A stretch of 63,919 nt of DNA, counting the filler, from Aduncisulcus paluster (lineage: Eukaryota), in the NCBI GenBank assembly GCA_024181965.1. It is 5 parts of 5 records of this genome, joined end to end, with 100 filler letters (N's around TTAATTAATTAA, not from the genome) between each part and the next. Parts side by side here need not be neighbours in the genome. Positions count along the whole stretch, not along the records: positions 31,313 to 50,849 come from BQXS01010862.1; positions 50,950 to 59,302 come from BQXS01010864.1; 3 more parts are not named here. The stretch is one strand, 5' to 3'. The notes under the pieces were generated by a model. The model was given only the letters and a program-made list of their open reading frames with translations, did not search any database and was not told the DNA's origin. The translations under genes were made by a program, and so were the position numbers. Positions within the stretch are counted from its first letter, which is position 1. Every line of letters starts with the position of its first letter. Positions 43,155-55,188 of the stretch are shown one piece after another.

Positions 43155-46046
43155 ATGTTTTCAGCTCAATTCATCTCTCATGGAGGGCGTGATCATTTTC
43201 CTTCTTCTATTCCGGTCATCTTTGGAGTACAAATTGATTATGAGAAAGTATCTGGAGTTCTCCGGGAAAAAAATTCTAAATCTGATGTCGTTCGCTTTTT
43301 GGAGGGACAATGGAGTATTGTTTTTTCGAAGATCTCAATTCCTTTTGTACATCCTCGTTGTTTGAAAAATATTTATGTTTGTCTGAGCAAACGTTCCCCT
43401 AGAAATCCAAAGTCTATCTCATGTTCCATCTTTCAACATGATGGTTCTCACCAAAAGATTCAATTTCAATTTCCTGTTATGGATCAACCCTTCTCCTGGT
43501 ATTCATTGCCCATTGGATCATTAGATAACGTTATATCGTGTGAAATTGACCATGTAAATACTTGGCAAGGACAAGAATTCTCTTATCTGCATGGTATTCG
43601 GTTTGGTCTTGATGCAGGTCGTGAAAAGGAACTCTTTCATGAGTTTGAAGAGAAAGAACGCATGAAAAAAATATCACAGATACAAATGCTCAAAGAAGTT
43701 TTCGATACACCTCATTTTCCTTTGATTGAAGCAGATTTTTTGACAACAGGTGGACCTTTAACTCCCACTTTGCCTCTTCTTAAACGTTGGAAAGGAATTG
43801 TGAAGATAAACAAATATGCCATGGGAGGAAAATTTGTCAATGGACATGGAATTCCTGAATTGACTTTATTTCGAAAAGGAAAACATCCCATCAATTTTGA
43901 ATGTTTACACTTACCTCTCAAATCAGAAAGTAATCTCAAATCAATTCATGTTTGTGTCAATTCTAATGAATATCAGCCCCAGTGTCTTGCTATCTTGTTC
44001 TATCTCTCCTCCGGTGAAGTTATTCGAAAACAGTATCGAATTCCTCACGTTGTGCCATCTCCACCGCTCCGTCAATCACCACTCCGACACGTTGATGAAC
44101 CTGGGGATTCATCATTGCAGTATGAATGGTTTTCACTTCCTGTTGGAACAAGTAATGTAATCCGGTGTGATATTGAATGCCAATGTGCCTGGAATTGGGA
44201 TCTGTGGTGTGAAATGAATGCCATTCGATTTGTTGTTGAATCGAAGGAGGAATATCGTTCAAGAAAATTAATAGAGAGGAGAAGAAGTGAATCTGATGTT
44301 AAGCTTAGGATGAAGACTCCAGACAGATTGAGTGAAAGTGTTCCTTTGACTATATGCCACTCTGCAACAAATGGAGATGTTCTATCATCCTCTGCATATT
44401 CAAAGACTTTGGATAAGCCCAGCAAAGAAGAAGAGAGGGACGGTTGTGATGAAGCAAGAAGACCCCATGGAGTGGACGACAGTGTTCTCTCTGATTCTAT
44501 CCTCCTTGAGAAAGTAGTTGAGGAGAGAGTACAGCAGAGACTTGAAGAAATAATGAAAGAAACTCATCATAGTTCATCGTTGAGTGGTCCCAATGCAGGA
44601 ATGGTATCTCCCACTTCTCCCACTTCTCCCGCTCGAGTATTATCGCCTCAGAATGAGTTTCTCACTCCTCACACTGAACTTCTCGAAATTATTCCGAAAT
44701 CTCCCGTTGATCCCAAAATAGATCATCTCTTACCGACTATTTCTGTTTCTTCGGAACTCCAATCTCATCCACACCGTGATCCTTCTATAGTGTTTCCATT
44801 CTCAATGGAGATTCTTCCTCTTTGCACTCTTGGCCAAGGAGCCTTTGGAGAAGTTCTTCTTGTTCAAGTTCCAGCAATGAAGGGGTCCACGGATGTATGT
44901 GTGCTGAAGAAAATGCTCAAGGTGGGCGATAAAAGCTCTGTGCAGGCCTGTTATCGTGAATTTAGAGCTCAACAACGTTTATTCATGAATCCTCTGTGCT
45001 TCAACAGGATTCCCCGACCCTTGTTTGTTTTTGACAGACTCGATGACCAATATCATGGAATTCTTGGCTTTATGATGGAGTATTGCGTTGGAGGGAGTGT
45101 TTCGTCATTTGCCGTAGATTGGTGTTCTTCTCAAGAAAAGAAGACAGATATTTCATCAAATTCCATGGATCCTCTTCGTGTGGCTGCTCTCTGTGTTGGA
45201 TGTATCGAGTGTTTGAATGAAGTTATCTCTGCCAAAGCTGATCTTGTCCATCGTGATATCAAACCTGAGAACTTTCTTGTTAGAGTCTCACCAGAGACTA
45301 ACAAATGTACCATTGTTCTTGGAGATCTTGGTTTACTGAAACTCCATGACACTGTTTCATTTACAGGGTCAGAGACTTGGTCATGTTCTCCCAAGAAAAA
45401 GGCATCTTCAGAATCTCATCCTTCTCTTCAAAGTATGAAGCACGATGATCATGAATCATTACCAACTCCGAAAGATGAACGATCGACCCTCACTTCTTTC
45501 TGTGGCACGCTTGTATACAATGCTTATGAGTGTCTGAATGAAGGATTGTATTCTCAGAGTAGTGATGCTTATGCTCTTGGAATGACCATCTTGAGTCTGT
45601 TTACAAGTTCTCCTCCTTTCTTTGGACATCCTTTGTTACACGGTGTCATTGATACTGTTACCTTCGTTGATCGACTCATATCGATATTTGAAAAAGATAG
45701 AATTCCATCGTTACTCAACGTCCCTCTATTTGACAGCCTTCAATCGATGGGTGACGATGGACAGTATTCCCTTGTGTATGAATGTCTGAATGAGGTATAT
45801 TCTGGACTTACTTCAGTAGACATGAAGAAGAGAATGAGTGTAAAGAATGCCTTCAGTCGTGTTCAGAAGATAAAACCTCTTTTGCCGGATATTGGAGTTG
45901 GATGGAAACCTAACTCTCTTCAAACAGTGATTTCAAAGCATACACATGTTTTTGAGGTTGATGAGATGAGAAAGTTTGAAAGGGGTTCGTCACATGATCT
46001 TCCTTCTTCTGTCTATCTTGAAGAAAGTTGGGATAAAAGCCTTTAG
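43155..46046 (+). CDS. Protein kinase with two N-terminal beta-sandwich family domains
   Basis: Two ISIPF/LHLPL..I.VC..P..W.SLP..NVI.C.I domains, then kinase motifs GQGAFG, VLKK, HRDIKPEN, DLG and GTLVYNAYE. Same kinase subfamily as 10481. Confidence 0.85.
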   Translation: MFSAQFISHGGRDHFPSSIPVIFGVQIDYEKVSGVLREKNSKSDVVRFLEGQWSIVFSKISIPFVHPRCLKNIYVCLSKRSPRNPKSISCSIFQHDGSHQKIQFQFPVMDQPFSWYSLPIGSLDNVISCEIDHVNTWQGQEFSYLHGIRFGLDAGREKELFHEFEEKERMKKISQIQMLKEVFDTPHFPLIEADFLTTGGPLTPTLPLLKRWKGIVKINKYAMGGKFVNGHGIPELTLFRKGKHPINFECLHLPLKSESNLKSIHVCVNSNEYQPQCLAILFYLSSGEVIRKQYRIPHVVPSPPLRQSPLRHVDEPGDSSLQYEWFSLPVGTSNVIRCDIECQCAWNWDLWCEMNAIRFVVESKEEYRSRKLIERRRSESDVKLRMKTPDRLSESVPLTICHSATNGDVLSSSAYSKTLDKPSKEEERDGCDEARRPHGVDDSVLSDSILLEKVVEERVQQRLEEIMKETHHSSSLSGPNAGMVSPTSPTSPARVLSPQNEFLTPHTELLEIIPKSPVDPKIDHLLPTISVSSELQSHPHRDPSIVFPFSMEILPLCTLGQGAFGEVLLVQVPAMKGSTDVCVLKKMLKVGDKSSVQACYREFRAQQRLFMNPLCFNRIPRPLFVFDRLDDQYHGILGFMMEYCVGGSVSSFAVDWCSSQEKKTDISSNSMDPLRVAALCVGCIECLNEVISAKADLVHRDIKPENFLVRVSPETNKCTIVLGDLGLLKLHDTVSFTGSETWSCSPKKKASSESHPSLQSMKHDDHESLPTPKDERSTLTSFCGTLVYNAYECLNEGLYSQSSDAYALGMTILSLFTSSPPFFGHPLLHGVIDTVTFVDRLISIFEKDRIPSLLNVPLFDSLQSMGDDGQYSLVYECLNEVYSGLTSVDMKKRMSVKNAFSRVQKIKPLLPDIGVGWKPNSLQTVISKHTHVFEVDEMRKFERGSSHDLPSSVYLEESWDKSL

Positions 46047-46142
46047 ATATGATCTAATAGATCTATATCAAAGCTAGATCGAAATTTATTTCAGTGTGTC
46101 TCACTAAAATTTTTTCGAGAATTGAGACACTGATTTTTATTT

Positions 46143-49100
46143 TCATTCTCGTTTCTTTTTTTTCTTGATCCGTAATTCTGGTGGTAAAAGAGGTGGCAAA
46201 ACAACGTGCCCGGACATCCCCAATTTTCCGCGAGATTTGTCTTGGGAAGGAATGTAAGTCGGAAGAGATCCACTCTTTGATTTTGATTTTCGAGAAACAC
46301 TCGACATCATAGCGGATGACATCATAGCATTCTTTCTTCTCATTCTATAATTAGGATCATTCTTTCTTGAACCTCTATCGGGTCTGAATGTGGACTCACT
46401 CAAATCTGAAAGTAAAGACATACTGGATTGGGAGGAAGCTGAGGGACAGGGTGATGTCATGGAATCTGATGGCTCTCCGCTAAATAAATCCAAAGCATCA
46501 TGGGAAGCGGCCAACATCTCTTCTTTCCGTCTTCTAGAAGAGGAAATCCTGACGCCAAGGCCGGTTGCTTCATCGAATACAGCTTCATCACCAACAAGAG
46601 GAACATGAGAATTCGATTTCCTTGGGGCCTTACGTTCACGAACTTTGACATCCTTTCTTGCATTGGCCCTGAATCGTTTTATACGATCAAATGATGATGC
46701 ACCTTCTTTCTTCTTTGCAATTCTACGAAGTCTCTGTTGCGCCAACACAAACATTCTTGGAAGATCGGTTTCGGCAGAAGATCCTTCTCCAATGTCGTGT
46801 TCTTTCTCACGTCTTCTTTTCTTGCCACGCTGAGAGGTTGTCGTGCCAGACTGGTCTCGAGATGAATCTGAAAAACCACTGGGTAGATACTCTCCTTCAT
46901 CCTCATCGTGAGGGCTAGTCTCGTGTGCAACAACAATGCCGGAAGATATTTCTTCTTCACTGGCCATATGATGGACAGATACATGTTCAATCGGCATATG
47001 GGATCTATCGGAAGTACCGTCATCAGATTCAGAGAGGAAATATCCACCAGCACGACCAGAAGAGGCGATCTGACGAGCATTTGGATTGTACGCATCTGGA
47101 CTCTCATGATAATAGCCACTACGCTCACGTTCAAGGGCTCTTTCAGACTCCCTCTCAATCCTTTCTCGTTGTTGTCTCCATTGTTCAGCCTCAAGTCTTC
47201 TCTCTCTCTCTCTCATCTCTTCCTGTGAAAAGGATTGATGAGATCCTTTTGACATGAGGCGTATTTTCCTCCTTTCTTCTTTTTTTCTCTTGAGAAGGTC
47301 TGAGAAGGATGTTGTTGAAGTTGATTCTTCATGGCTTTCTTCCTCTTCTGGTCTTTTCCCACTTGTCTCCTGTGTAGTCTGACCGACATCTGCATAAAGT
47401 GAATCGTCAATTCCAGCAATCAAAAATGAATCAGTGACAATGGCATCCTCAATGTCATGTGACAGATCAAGGTCAGCAAGCAAGTCCTTGTCAAGGGATC
47501 GTTGTCTCGCTTTGGCTTCCTCTCGCCTGCGTTGCTCTTCTTCTCGCCTGCGTTGCTCTTCCTCTCGCCTGCGTTGCTCTTCAATAAGCTTTGAGCGAAC
47601 CTGTTTATCTAGATATTGCTTCAATAAATCCTTGGCGATAAGTGTTTGTTTGGATAAATGATTTTTATACCACCAGTGTTGGATAATTTTTGCGCTTAAT
47701 TCCTCCCTTTCTTTCTGAATTCGCTCTTGTTCTTGCTGAACAATAACATTTCGTCTGGTTTGTGCTTGAGATCTTCCAATATGGCCTCTAAAAACACGTT
47801 GGATGCAGATGGCAGCTTCATTTCGATGTTTTGCCTCCAATGAACGCTTTCTTTCTGAAATTACAACAGAGTGCAGAGTGGCAAGAACTTTGCGACGAAA
47901 GACAAATCGTTTAAATACCCGCAAAATAATACTAACACTGTTATTCACAAGAAGAAGGGCGTTTTTGTTCGTAGATTCCAAGTTTACGCGCCCATCATGT
48001 TCACAGAATATAATTGGCATATGTGCTCTTCTAAAAATAGAATCGCTATTTATGGTTCGTTCCTGTATTCTTTTCCTCAAATATTGCAGAGATATTGACA
48101 TGTGGAGGATATCTGCCATATATCTAACATATTGACGCCAATTCCTTACAGGATCAGTGTCATTCTGATCTGGAAAAGTAAGTTTCTCAAGGAGTTGATG
48201 AAACACACCGATTCGATAGTTTGAGGGGGTAGAAAGGGAGAAATTAAACAGTTTGAGCCACGAATAAGATAGAGGAAGCGGGCTAAAAATAGAACAACAA
48301 GATGAAGTGTTATAAGAAGATTGAGAAACAATTGGTTGTTGTATTGGAATTGGACAACTACCTTGAAATAACTTAACATTATTATTTTTCTTGAATTGTG
48401 ACTTCATTCTATGCTGAATTCTTTTTTTCTTGTTCCGTTTTTTCAGCATAAGTTTCTCACGACGAGATAATTTTATACACTTTCTCTGAAGATTCAAACA
48501 AGAAACAATCTTCACACTTGTTCTCTTATTCTCATTATTAATTATATCTATTTTTGGATAAGACCTATAAATAGAAGTATTTTTTGAGGAATTGTTCACA
48601 TTCCCCGTTGTAACTCCTCTTCGTTGTTGTTTCAGCCACTTTTGCTGAAGAGATTCAAGCTCTTCTTCTTCATGAATACGATTGTCAAGCCAAGGCAAAC
48701 AAGGAATGGAAATATTTGAACTCCATGATTCAAAAAAGGAAGGAATTATCATATCTTTTTTCTCTTTGGCCTCTCTTATTGAAGGAATTTTTGTAGTTGT
48801 CATTGAATTTGATGAGGCTTTGTAATATTCAATCGTTCTTTTCCGTATTGTTGCTGTGTTTTTCTTGGCATCTGCATTTAGTACAGTATATTCGATATCA
48901 GAATGTTTTGCATCATGTGGAATAACCCCAACATCGAACACATCGCCATTAAGGTGGAATTCAGACTCAACTTCTCTCATTCCCAAAGCAGGAAATCGGA
49001 GTATAATATATTCTTTCAGTTCCAGCAAAGAACTCAAACCGAGGGATAGCAATATAGGTGATATGGGAGATGCCGCTGAAGATGACCGAGATCTCTGTAA

Positions 49101-50849
49101 TAGGGAGATACTAAGCCTTGGAATGGAAGCTGTGGAGGCATCTTGAGGCTGTTGCCTGGGAGGTTGTTGTGCTCCAGGAGTATATGATTGGGATATGAGA
49201 GTGGCAGATGCACCAGCTGAAAGGAAAGATGGAGAAAAGGAGAGAGAAACAAGAGTGGAAGGAACAGAATCGAGGATAGAATATATATGGTCAACGCTTT
49301 GAGATAGAATAAAACATGAAAACGATGTAAGAGATGGGAATATTGTTGAAGGAGAAAGAAGAGAGGAAGAGGAAGAAGGAATAGAATAAGATGGAGATGC
49401 ATTAAGATCCTCTCTACAAGCCCTATGAATGCCAGGAATGAAGGAATGCCGATCATAATCCATATCAGGAGAATGGTGGAATTTGATTGCGGCTTTAAAT
49501 TGATTTGGATGAAGAAATAATTGTTTGACACCTTCAACAGAAAGATGGCGTAGGGAAGGCAAATTAGTGGATGAGAGCGAAAGATCTGAGCCATGCATTG
49601 TAATTGAGAGAGAAACTAAGGTAGAATGCGAAATTGAATGAATAAATGAATAAATACTATCATAACCAAGCGCTGATGGGGAAGTTGGATCTGTTTTGAG
49701 AGATCCACAAATTATATCCACAACATTTCGATGGGAATGATGAGGAATATCTATTTTTAGTCGTTCTAAAATTGGAAATGTTTTCTCAATGTCCATATCG
49801 ATGATATTCGAATAGATACATGCAATATTGGAAAGCTCGAGGGATCTTACACAAGGAGGAAGAAGCGAAAGACACTGGGCAGAAAAAATATTGAGAGGAG
49901 GAAGTGAAAACTTATCTTCATGGCTTGGTAATGGGTCAGAAGGTGAGGAAATCAAAGGAGATGATGGAATTCCTTCAATTCGTTTTCCTTCCAGGTTATC
50001 GAAAGACGATTTTGATTGTTGTTCACTCTTTCTCTCTTCTTTTTTCGTTGAAGGTGAGTCCATCCCCGAATCATTCCCATATAATTCATTCTCTGAGAAC
50101 TCTTCTTCTTCTTCTTTCTCAAGTCTATCTTTAGAACCTTCAAATTGGACAGAAGGAGAAGAACAAGGAGAAGGAGAAGAAGAAGAGGTTTCCTTCGTTC
50201 CTTTTTTAGAATATTGAGAAAGACAGTGAATTCTATATTTATCCATAATTTCCTTCAGCTGTTCAGCCTCCTCTGATCCATTACCCTCAATGAAAACAGA
50301 ATGGCAGAGAGGGGGAAAGAGATGTGTATCAAATGGAATCATTGGGGAGGAGAGATGAGTATCAATGTCCTGACCGACAAGAGAGTCGATTGAACTCTGC
50401 TTTTTAATATCTCTATTTATATCTCTGTTTCTATTAATAGATGGTTTGATGGAGGGAATAATTCGTGATGTGACTGAACATTTGGAAGAAGCAACTAAAA
50501 ATAGTTGTGAGACCGACGTTTTAATCTGTGAAGCTATTTTTGGAACACCATCTCCAACGAACGGGGATGATCTAATTTTAGATACCAAATTCCCAAGAAC
50601 CTCAAGAGAATTGACAAGATTTCCAATAGAATCAATATAAGAGTGTTTATCTTCTTCATTATTAATTGGAATATCCTTTAAGTTTGGAGGAAAATGTTTG
50701 AATGAAACGGAAAGGGAAGATGAAAATGGGAATAAGCCAGAGACTGCATCAAATTCAGAGTCGTTAGAGTCAAGATCAGATTGAAAAGATCTGGATAACT
50801 TGATAAGGTTTGAATACCTATTCATAATCGATAAGATGCTATTATCCTC
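46143..50849 (-). CDS. Large IQ-motif protein with degenerate LRR-like region, 5' end open at gap
   Basis: IQ motifs ICIQRVFRGHIGR and IIQHWW; frame stays open from 50825 up to the spacer. Confidence 0.75.
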   Translation of the reverse strand, partial: EDNSILSIMNRYSNLIKLSRSFQSDLDSNDSEFDAVSGLFPFSSSLSVSFKHFPPNLKDIPINNEEDKHSYIDSIGNLVNSLEVLGNLVSKIRSSPFVGDGVPKIASQIKTSVSQLFLVASSKCSVTSRIIPSIKPSINRNRDINRDIKKQSSIDSLVGQDIDTHLSSPMIPFDTHLFPPLCHSVFIEGNGSEEAEQLKEIMDKYRIHCLSQYSKKGTKETSSSSPSPCSSPSVQFEGSKDRLEKEEEEEFSENELYGNDSGMDSPSTKKEERKSEQQSKSSFDNLEGKRIEGIPSSPLISSPSDPLPSHEDKFSLPPLNIFSAQCLSLLPPCVRSLELSNIACIYSNIIDMDIEKTFPILERLKIDIPHHSHRNVVDIICGSLKTDPTSPSALGYDSIYSFIHSISHSTLVSLSITMHGSDLSLSSTNLPSLRHLSVEGVKQLFLHPNQFKAAIKFHHSPDMDYDRHSFIPGIHRACREDLNASPSYSIPSSSSSLLSPSTIFPSLTSFSCFILSQSVDHIYSILDSVPSTLVSLSFSPSFLSAGASATLISQSYTPGAQQPPRQQPQDASTASIPRLSISLLQRSRSSSAASPISPILLSLGLSSLLELKEYIILRFPALGMREVESEFHLNGDVFDVGVIPHDAKHSDIEYTVLNADAKKNTATIRKRTIEYYKASSNSMTTTKIPSIREAKEKKDMIIPSFFESWSSNISIPCLPWLDNRIHEEEELESLQQKWLKQQRRGVTTGNVNNSSKNTSIYRSYPKIDIINNENKRTSVKIVSCLNLQRKCIKLSRREKLMLKKRNKKKRIQHRMKSQFKKNNNVKLFQGSCPIPIQQPIVSQSSYNTSSCCSIFSPLPLSYSWLKLFNFSLSTPSNYRIGVFHQLLEKLTFPDQNDTDPVRNWRQYVRYMADILHMSISLQYLRKRIQERTINSDSIFRRAHMPIIFCEHDGRVNLESTNKNALLLVNNSVSIILRVFKRFVFRRKVLATLHSVVISERKRSLEAKHRNEAAICIQRVFRGHIGRSQAQTRRNVIVQQEQERIQKEREELSAKIIQHWWYKNHLSKQTLIAKDLLKQYLDKQVRSKLIEEQRRREEEQRRREEEQRRREEAKARQRSLDKDLLADLDLSHDIEDAIVTDSFLIAGIDDSLYADVGQTTQETSGKRPEEEESHEESTSTTSFSDLLKRKKEERRKIRLMSKGSHQSFSQEEMRERERRLEAEQWRQQRERIERESERALERERSGYYHESPDAYNPNARQIASSGRAGGYFLSESDDGTSDRSHMPIEHVSVHHMASEEEISSGIVVAHETSPHDEDEGEYLPSGFSDSSRDQSGTTTSQRGKKRRREKEHDIGEGSSAETDLPRMFVLAQQRLRRIAKKKEGASSFDRIKRFRANARKDVKVRERKAPRKSNSHVPLVGDEAVFDEATGLGVRISSSRRRKEEMLAASHDALDLFSGEPSDSMTSPCPSASSQSSMSLLSDLSESTFRPDRGSRKNDPNYRMRRKNAMMSSAMMSSVSRKSKSKSGSLPTYIPSQDKSRGKLGMSGHVVLPPLLPPELRIKKKKKRE

Positions 50850-50949
50850 NNNNNNNNNNNNNNNNNNNNNNNNNNNNNNNNNNNNNNNNNNNNTTAATTA
50901 ATTAANNNNNNNNNNNNNNNNNNNNNNNNNNNNNNNNNNNNNNNNNNNN
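50850..50949. other. Artificial spacer N44-TTAATTAATTAA-N44
   Basis: Same as 16707-16806. Confidence 0.97.
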
Positions 50950-51436
50950 CTTCTTCACGCTTCAGACGTTCCAGACGTTCTTCTTCCTCACGCTTCAGAC
51001 GCTCAGCTTCTTCAATTCTCTTGCGTTCGGCTTCTTCTTCCTCACGCTTCAGACGTTCTTCTTCCTCACGCTTCAGACGCTCAGCTTCTTCAATTCTCTT
51101 GCGTTCGGCTTCTTCTTCTTCACGCTTCAGACGTTCTTCCTCTTCGCTTCAGACGCTCAGCTTCTTCAATTCTCTTGCGTTCGGCTTCTTCTTCTTCTTC
51201 ACGCTTCAGACGTTCCAGACGTTCTTCTTCCTCACGCTTCAGACGCTCAGCTTCTTCAATTCTCTTGCGTTCGGCTTCTTCTTCCTCACGCTTCAGACGT
51301 TCTTCTTCCTCACGCTTCGGCTTCTTCTTCCTCACGCTTCAGACGTTCTTCTTCCTCACGCTTCAGACGCTCAGCTTCTTCAATTCTCTTGCGTTCGGCT
51401 TCTTCTTCTTCACGCTTCAGACGTTCTTCCTCTTCG
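50950..51436 (-). repeat. Coding minisatellite (RLKREEEE / AERKRIEEAE units; single-alpha-helix-like)
   Basis: Recurrent cacgcttcagacg and ctcagcttcttcaattctcttgcgttcggc blocks, with indels between copies. Confidence 0.9.
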
Positions 51437-54400
51437 TATTCAAGACGTGCAGTCTCTTCAAGTTCTAGCAATTCTTCCTCACACTTCTTTTTCCGCTCAA
51501 TATCTTCTCGTTCCTTTTCTTGTAGGGACTCTGCAAGGATAACATATTTCACTTCTTCCAGTCGCTGAGTTCGCGCGTTTTCCTTTTTCTGTTTTAATAT
51601 TGAAATGGGTGAATGTTTTGATTGAATCAACTCTTTCTTCTTTTTCCAAAATCTCTGCAATATCATAGTCTTAGTTGCTCTTCTACAAATGTCTGATTCG
51701 GCCTTTTGCCAGACCTCTTCAACCTTTTGTTTATGAGCCATTCGCCAATTCTTTTGAATATGTTTGCATAAGCTTTTGGTTGTATTGAATTCCATGTGGG
51801 TGATGACAACTTGACGTCGAGATGTAATCATATTTACAGCTTCCAATAATAGAGGTTGGACTGAGAACGTATGAACAGGTTTCAGATTAGAGTTTAAAAA
51901 TAGAATCCTTCTATAAATAGTCGATGAGAAAGAAGATGGGGATACATTGTGTTCCTTTGAGAGGAGTTGGCCACAATACACGGCGAACACAAGAGAAAGA
52001 AGGGGCAAAGAGGAACTGGGCGATAAGTATGGGAGAATCTTTGTAAAAGACTCCAATGGAGGCAAAAATGACATTGGAGGTTGTTCACTGTCAAGCTTGT
52101 CGTGAAGTTTCTTGGCACTCTCAAGCAAAACGGGCAATAATACTTTGTGAACTTTCTTGAGAGAATGGCTGGTATTTGTGAAATGAGTGAATTGACCTGG
52201 CCGAATGGGTTCAGATTCTTCACCAAAACATCCGCTTGACATTCCAGTGTTGAAATATAGGCGAATAAACTGAAGGCGTGGATTATAAGCAAGGCTAGTA
52301 GCTGATACTGACGGTGAACTTGTTGGAGAATCTTCATTGGAAGCAGAATGAATGGAATCAACAAAGGATAGTTGTTTTATAGATTTTTGAGAAGAACTCA
52401 GATTCATGGTGCCTCCAAAAGACAAGACGGGAGAGAATGTTGGAAAGACTGTTGGAGAACTCATTTCAATTTCACCAGGGGATGGATTTTGTGGCTCGAT
52501 GGGGTGCTCGGACATTACTCTAGATTTCTTTTCTTCCCACATCTCTTTCTCTCTCCTTCTAACATCATCACGCATGTCAATATGAACATGCATTTTGTGC
52601 CACACTCTTGCTCGTTGTTCATCAAGGCGTATTTGCTCCTGTTTGGCCTCCTCAATTTCCCAATTTCTCATAGAACACAATAAATCCATGACAATTCCAA
52701 CAATATCATGCTTTATCCATTCTTTTTCTGATATAATTCCACTCATAAAGCACAAAACAATGGGTAAAAGCCACGAAGAAAGAGCCCTTGGCAACGAAGA
52801 AATCAATGAATCGAAGGAACATAAAGAAATAGGAATGTAGGCAAGGGCAGATGAGAGAGAAAGTAAGGATAAGGCTTGATCAAGCATGGAAAGCTTAGGG
52901 GATTCTGTGGTAGTTTTTTTGGAGAGTGGAGACATACATAGATATGTGGATGGTGATGGCAATATACTCCCGTACTTCAAATTGCAGCTATCCTTCATGA
53001 AAGAATTCAGCATAATATACTCCGAGGCTGATGGGAAACGAACAAACTTCCCTCGATTCCAGATGTATCGGTGGCGAAGTCGGAATGAACATATACCTTT
53101 CTCAATAACGGGATTAGATGAATCACTGGTGAATCCACCCTCAGCCATTGTTTCTTTCCAATCATACACAAATTTATCGAGCATAGAAACATCTTTTGAG
53201 TCGGATTCCTTTGGCTTGGCCTTGGATTTAGCAATCAATGGTACCTTTCTAATTTTCTTTGATTTCTTTGGCTTGGAAGTTCCTGATCTATCTTTCCTCT
53301 TTTTCTTGTCATCCAATATTCCAATGAAATGCTTCCATCTAGAATATACAGCAAGAGGGAGGGGGAGAGAAGATGGGAAAGGGGATGACACGAAAGACTG
53401 AATGACATCTTCTGAGGTTTCTTTTGATTTTATACCAATAATATCCTCTTCTTCATCACTTTTACATGTCCAAACCTCCTCAAGCATCTTGATATCGCTC
53501 ACTGATGAGGGAAGTGCAGCAAGTCCAACACAAATGCACACAAGGATGAACTTTAGTTGATGATCGTGATATCTTGACATTGTTGAGGATGAGAATATGG
53601 GATCTGGAGATATCAATGACCTGTAAATCTCAGCCAAGAGGGCGGAAGAAGGACAGGAAGGGATAAGAGGTTTAACACTTCCAGAATAATCGAGAATTGA
53701 CTCAGTATATTCATTAGTCTCACTTTTTTTGCCATTAATTATCTTCTTTGCATCGAATTCCCCACGTTCAGTGAGGATAACACGGATTCTTTTCTTGACT
53801 ATCTGAACAATCTCCTCAAGATCTTGGTCAAGACCCTTTACCGAAGACAATCCTCTTTCTCGTCGCATTCTACGGGTACGGGTTGCAGTTACATGTGGAG
53901 TATGTGGATGAATTGAGGATAACGAAAGCGTGTATTTTGAATCAGAAACTACACTTTGAGACATTCGATGTCCTTTCAAAGAGGTTATCTTTTGATGATA
54001 TTCGAGCTCTGGAATCAGCATGGTCTTCTGAATAAAGGCTGCAAGAGACAAAGGAGATGTAAAAAACCTAGGGAGTGAGCTAAGTCGAGGAAGGATGGGA
54101 GCAGTTGTATGAAGGGAATATTTGAATTGAAATGGCGAAATTAAGTCCAGATTACCCTTCTCCAATTGATCGTTATGGTATTGTTTGGCACTAATACCAA
54201 TAGACGTAATTGGAGTGAAGAAGGGGGAAGTAAACTTGGAAGATGAGCGCTTAAACTTCATAGACGTAAGAAGATGGATGGCATTTATAGGTTTTTTACA
54301 AAAACATCCACATAATCCTTTCAAAATCAAAATTAAAGAATCCATTCGAGTTTCCGGGGCTAAAGGGGTATTCATTGGAAATATTCTTCCAAGTTCACCT

Positions 54401-55002
54401 AAAACTGGTGGGGGAGAAGGGGTATGATGTTGAGTTAATAACGAATCTAAAACAAGAAAAGACATGACAAGGCATATAAAATCGTGGCTATTACGTTGCA
54501 TATACCATTTCTTGACATCTTTTGGCATATCTTTTGATTTTTGATCGAATTTCTTGGGATATAAACGTCTGAACGATGCAGCTAAGGCTTCAGTAATTCG
54601 TCTTTTATAAATTTGTTTAGAAGAAGGTATTTCCGAATAATGTTTAGTAATTTGACATAAGACGGGATAAAAATAAGCGGGGTTGATACATAAAAGAATA
54701 TTAAAGATCTTATTTGATGAGGAAGCAGCTTTGAAAACGATAGAAGAATTTAAGATTTGAATGGATTCTTTATCAATCAAAGATAGCACATAATTATACG
54801 ATTCAACATATTTTCGATCAACCATCCATGGATGGATACATTTTGAGAACGATTCCCCAGTTGGAGTTTCTGAAGATGAAGATATCGGCAATATCAAACT
54901 ATTAACATAAGAAATAAATGTATCACTCTCCCTTTCTGCAATATTTTCTCGAAGAGTACTCATTATTCTATTGTGTGTGCCAAATGACATCGATTTTTTC
55001 AA
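50950..55002 (-). CDS. Large hypothetical protein with IQ-like motifs and a C-terminal E/R/K repeat; 3' end unresolved in the repeat and gap
   Basis: 1230-aa ORF (HIQKNWR, ILQRFWK). The repeat RLKREEEE-AERKRIEEAE continues in shifted frames to the spacer. Confidence 0.75.
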
Positions 55003-55188
55003 ATCGCCACATCTGGCAAAACATGCTCCAAAATCCTGATTCCACTGGCGCGATTTTGTTAAGTTGTTTATTCTTGGTAGTTTTACCAGTACACATCGTC
55101 ATTTTGGGGATGTAGAGAAAAAGAATACTTTATTGTTAGATAAGTAGATAAGTAGATATCACAACCTGTCAGTTAATCGGCATAATGA

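Noticed and set aside
50950-51436. Regularly repeated ~25-30-nt blocks resembling a CRISPR array
   Set aside because: No unique spacers; the blocks encode a charged helical peptide repeat within a eukaryotic CDS
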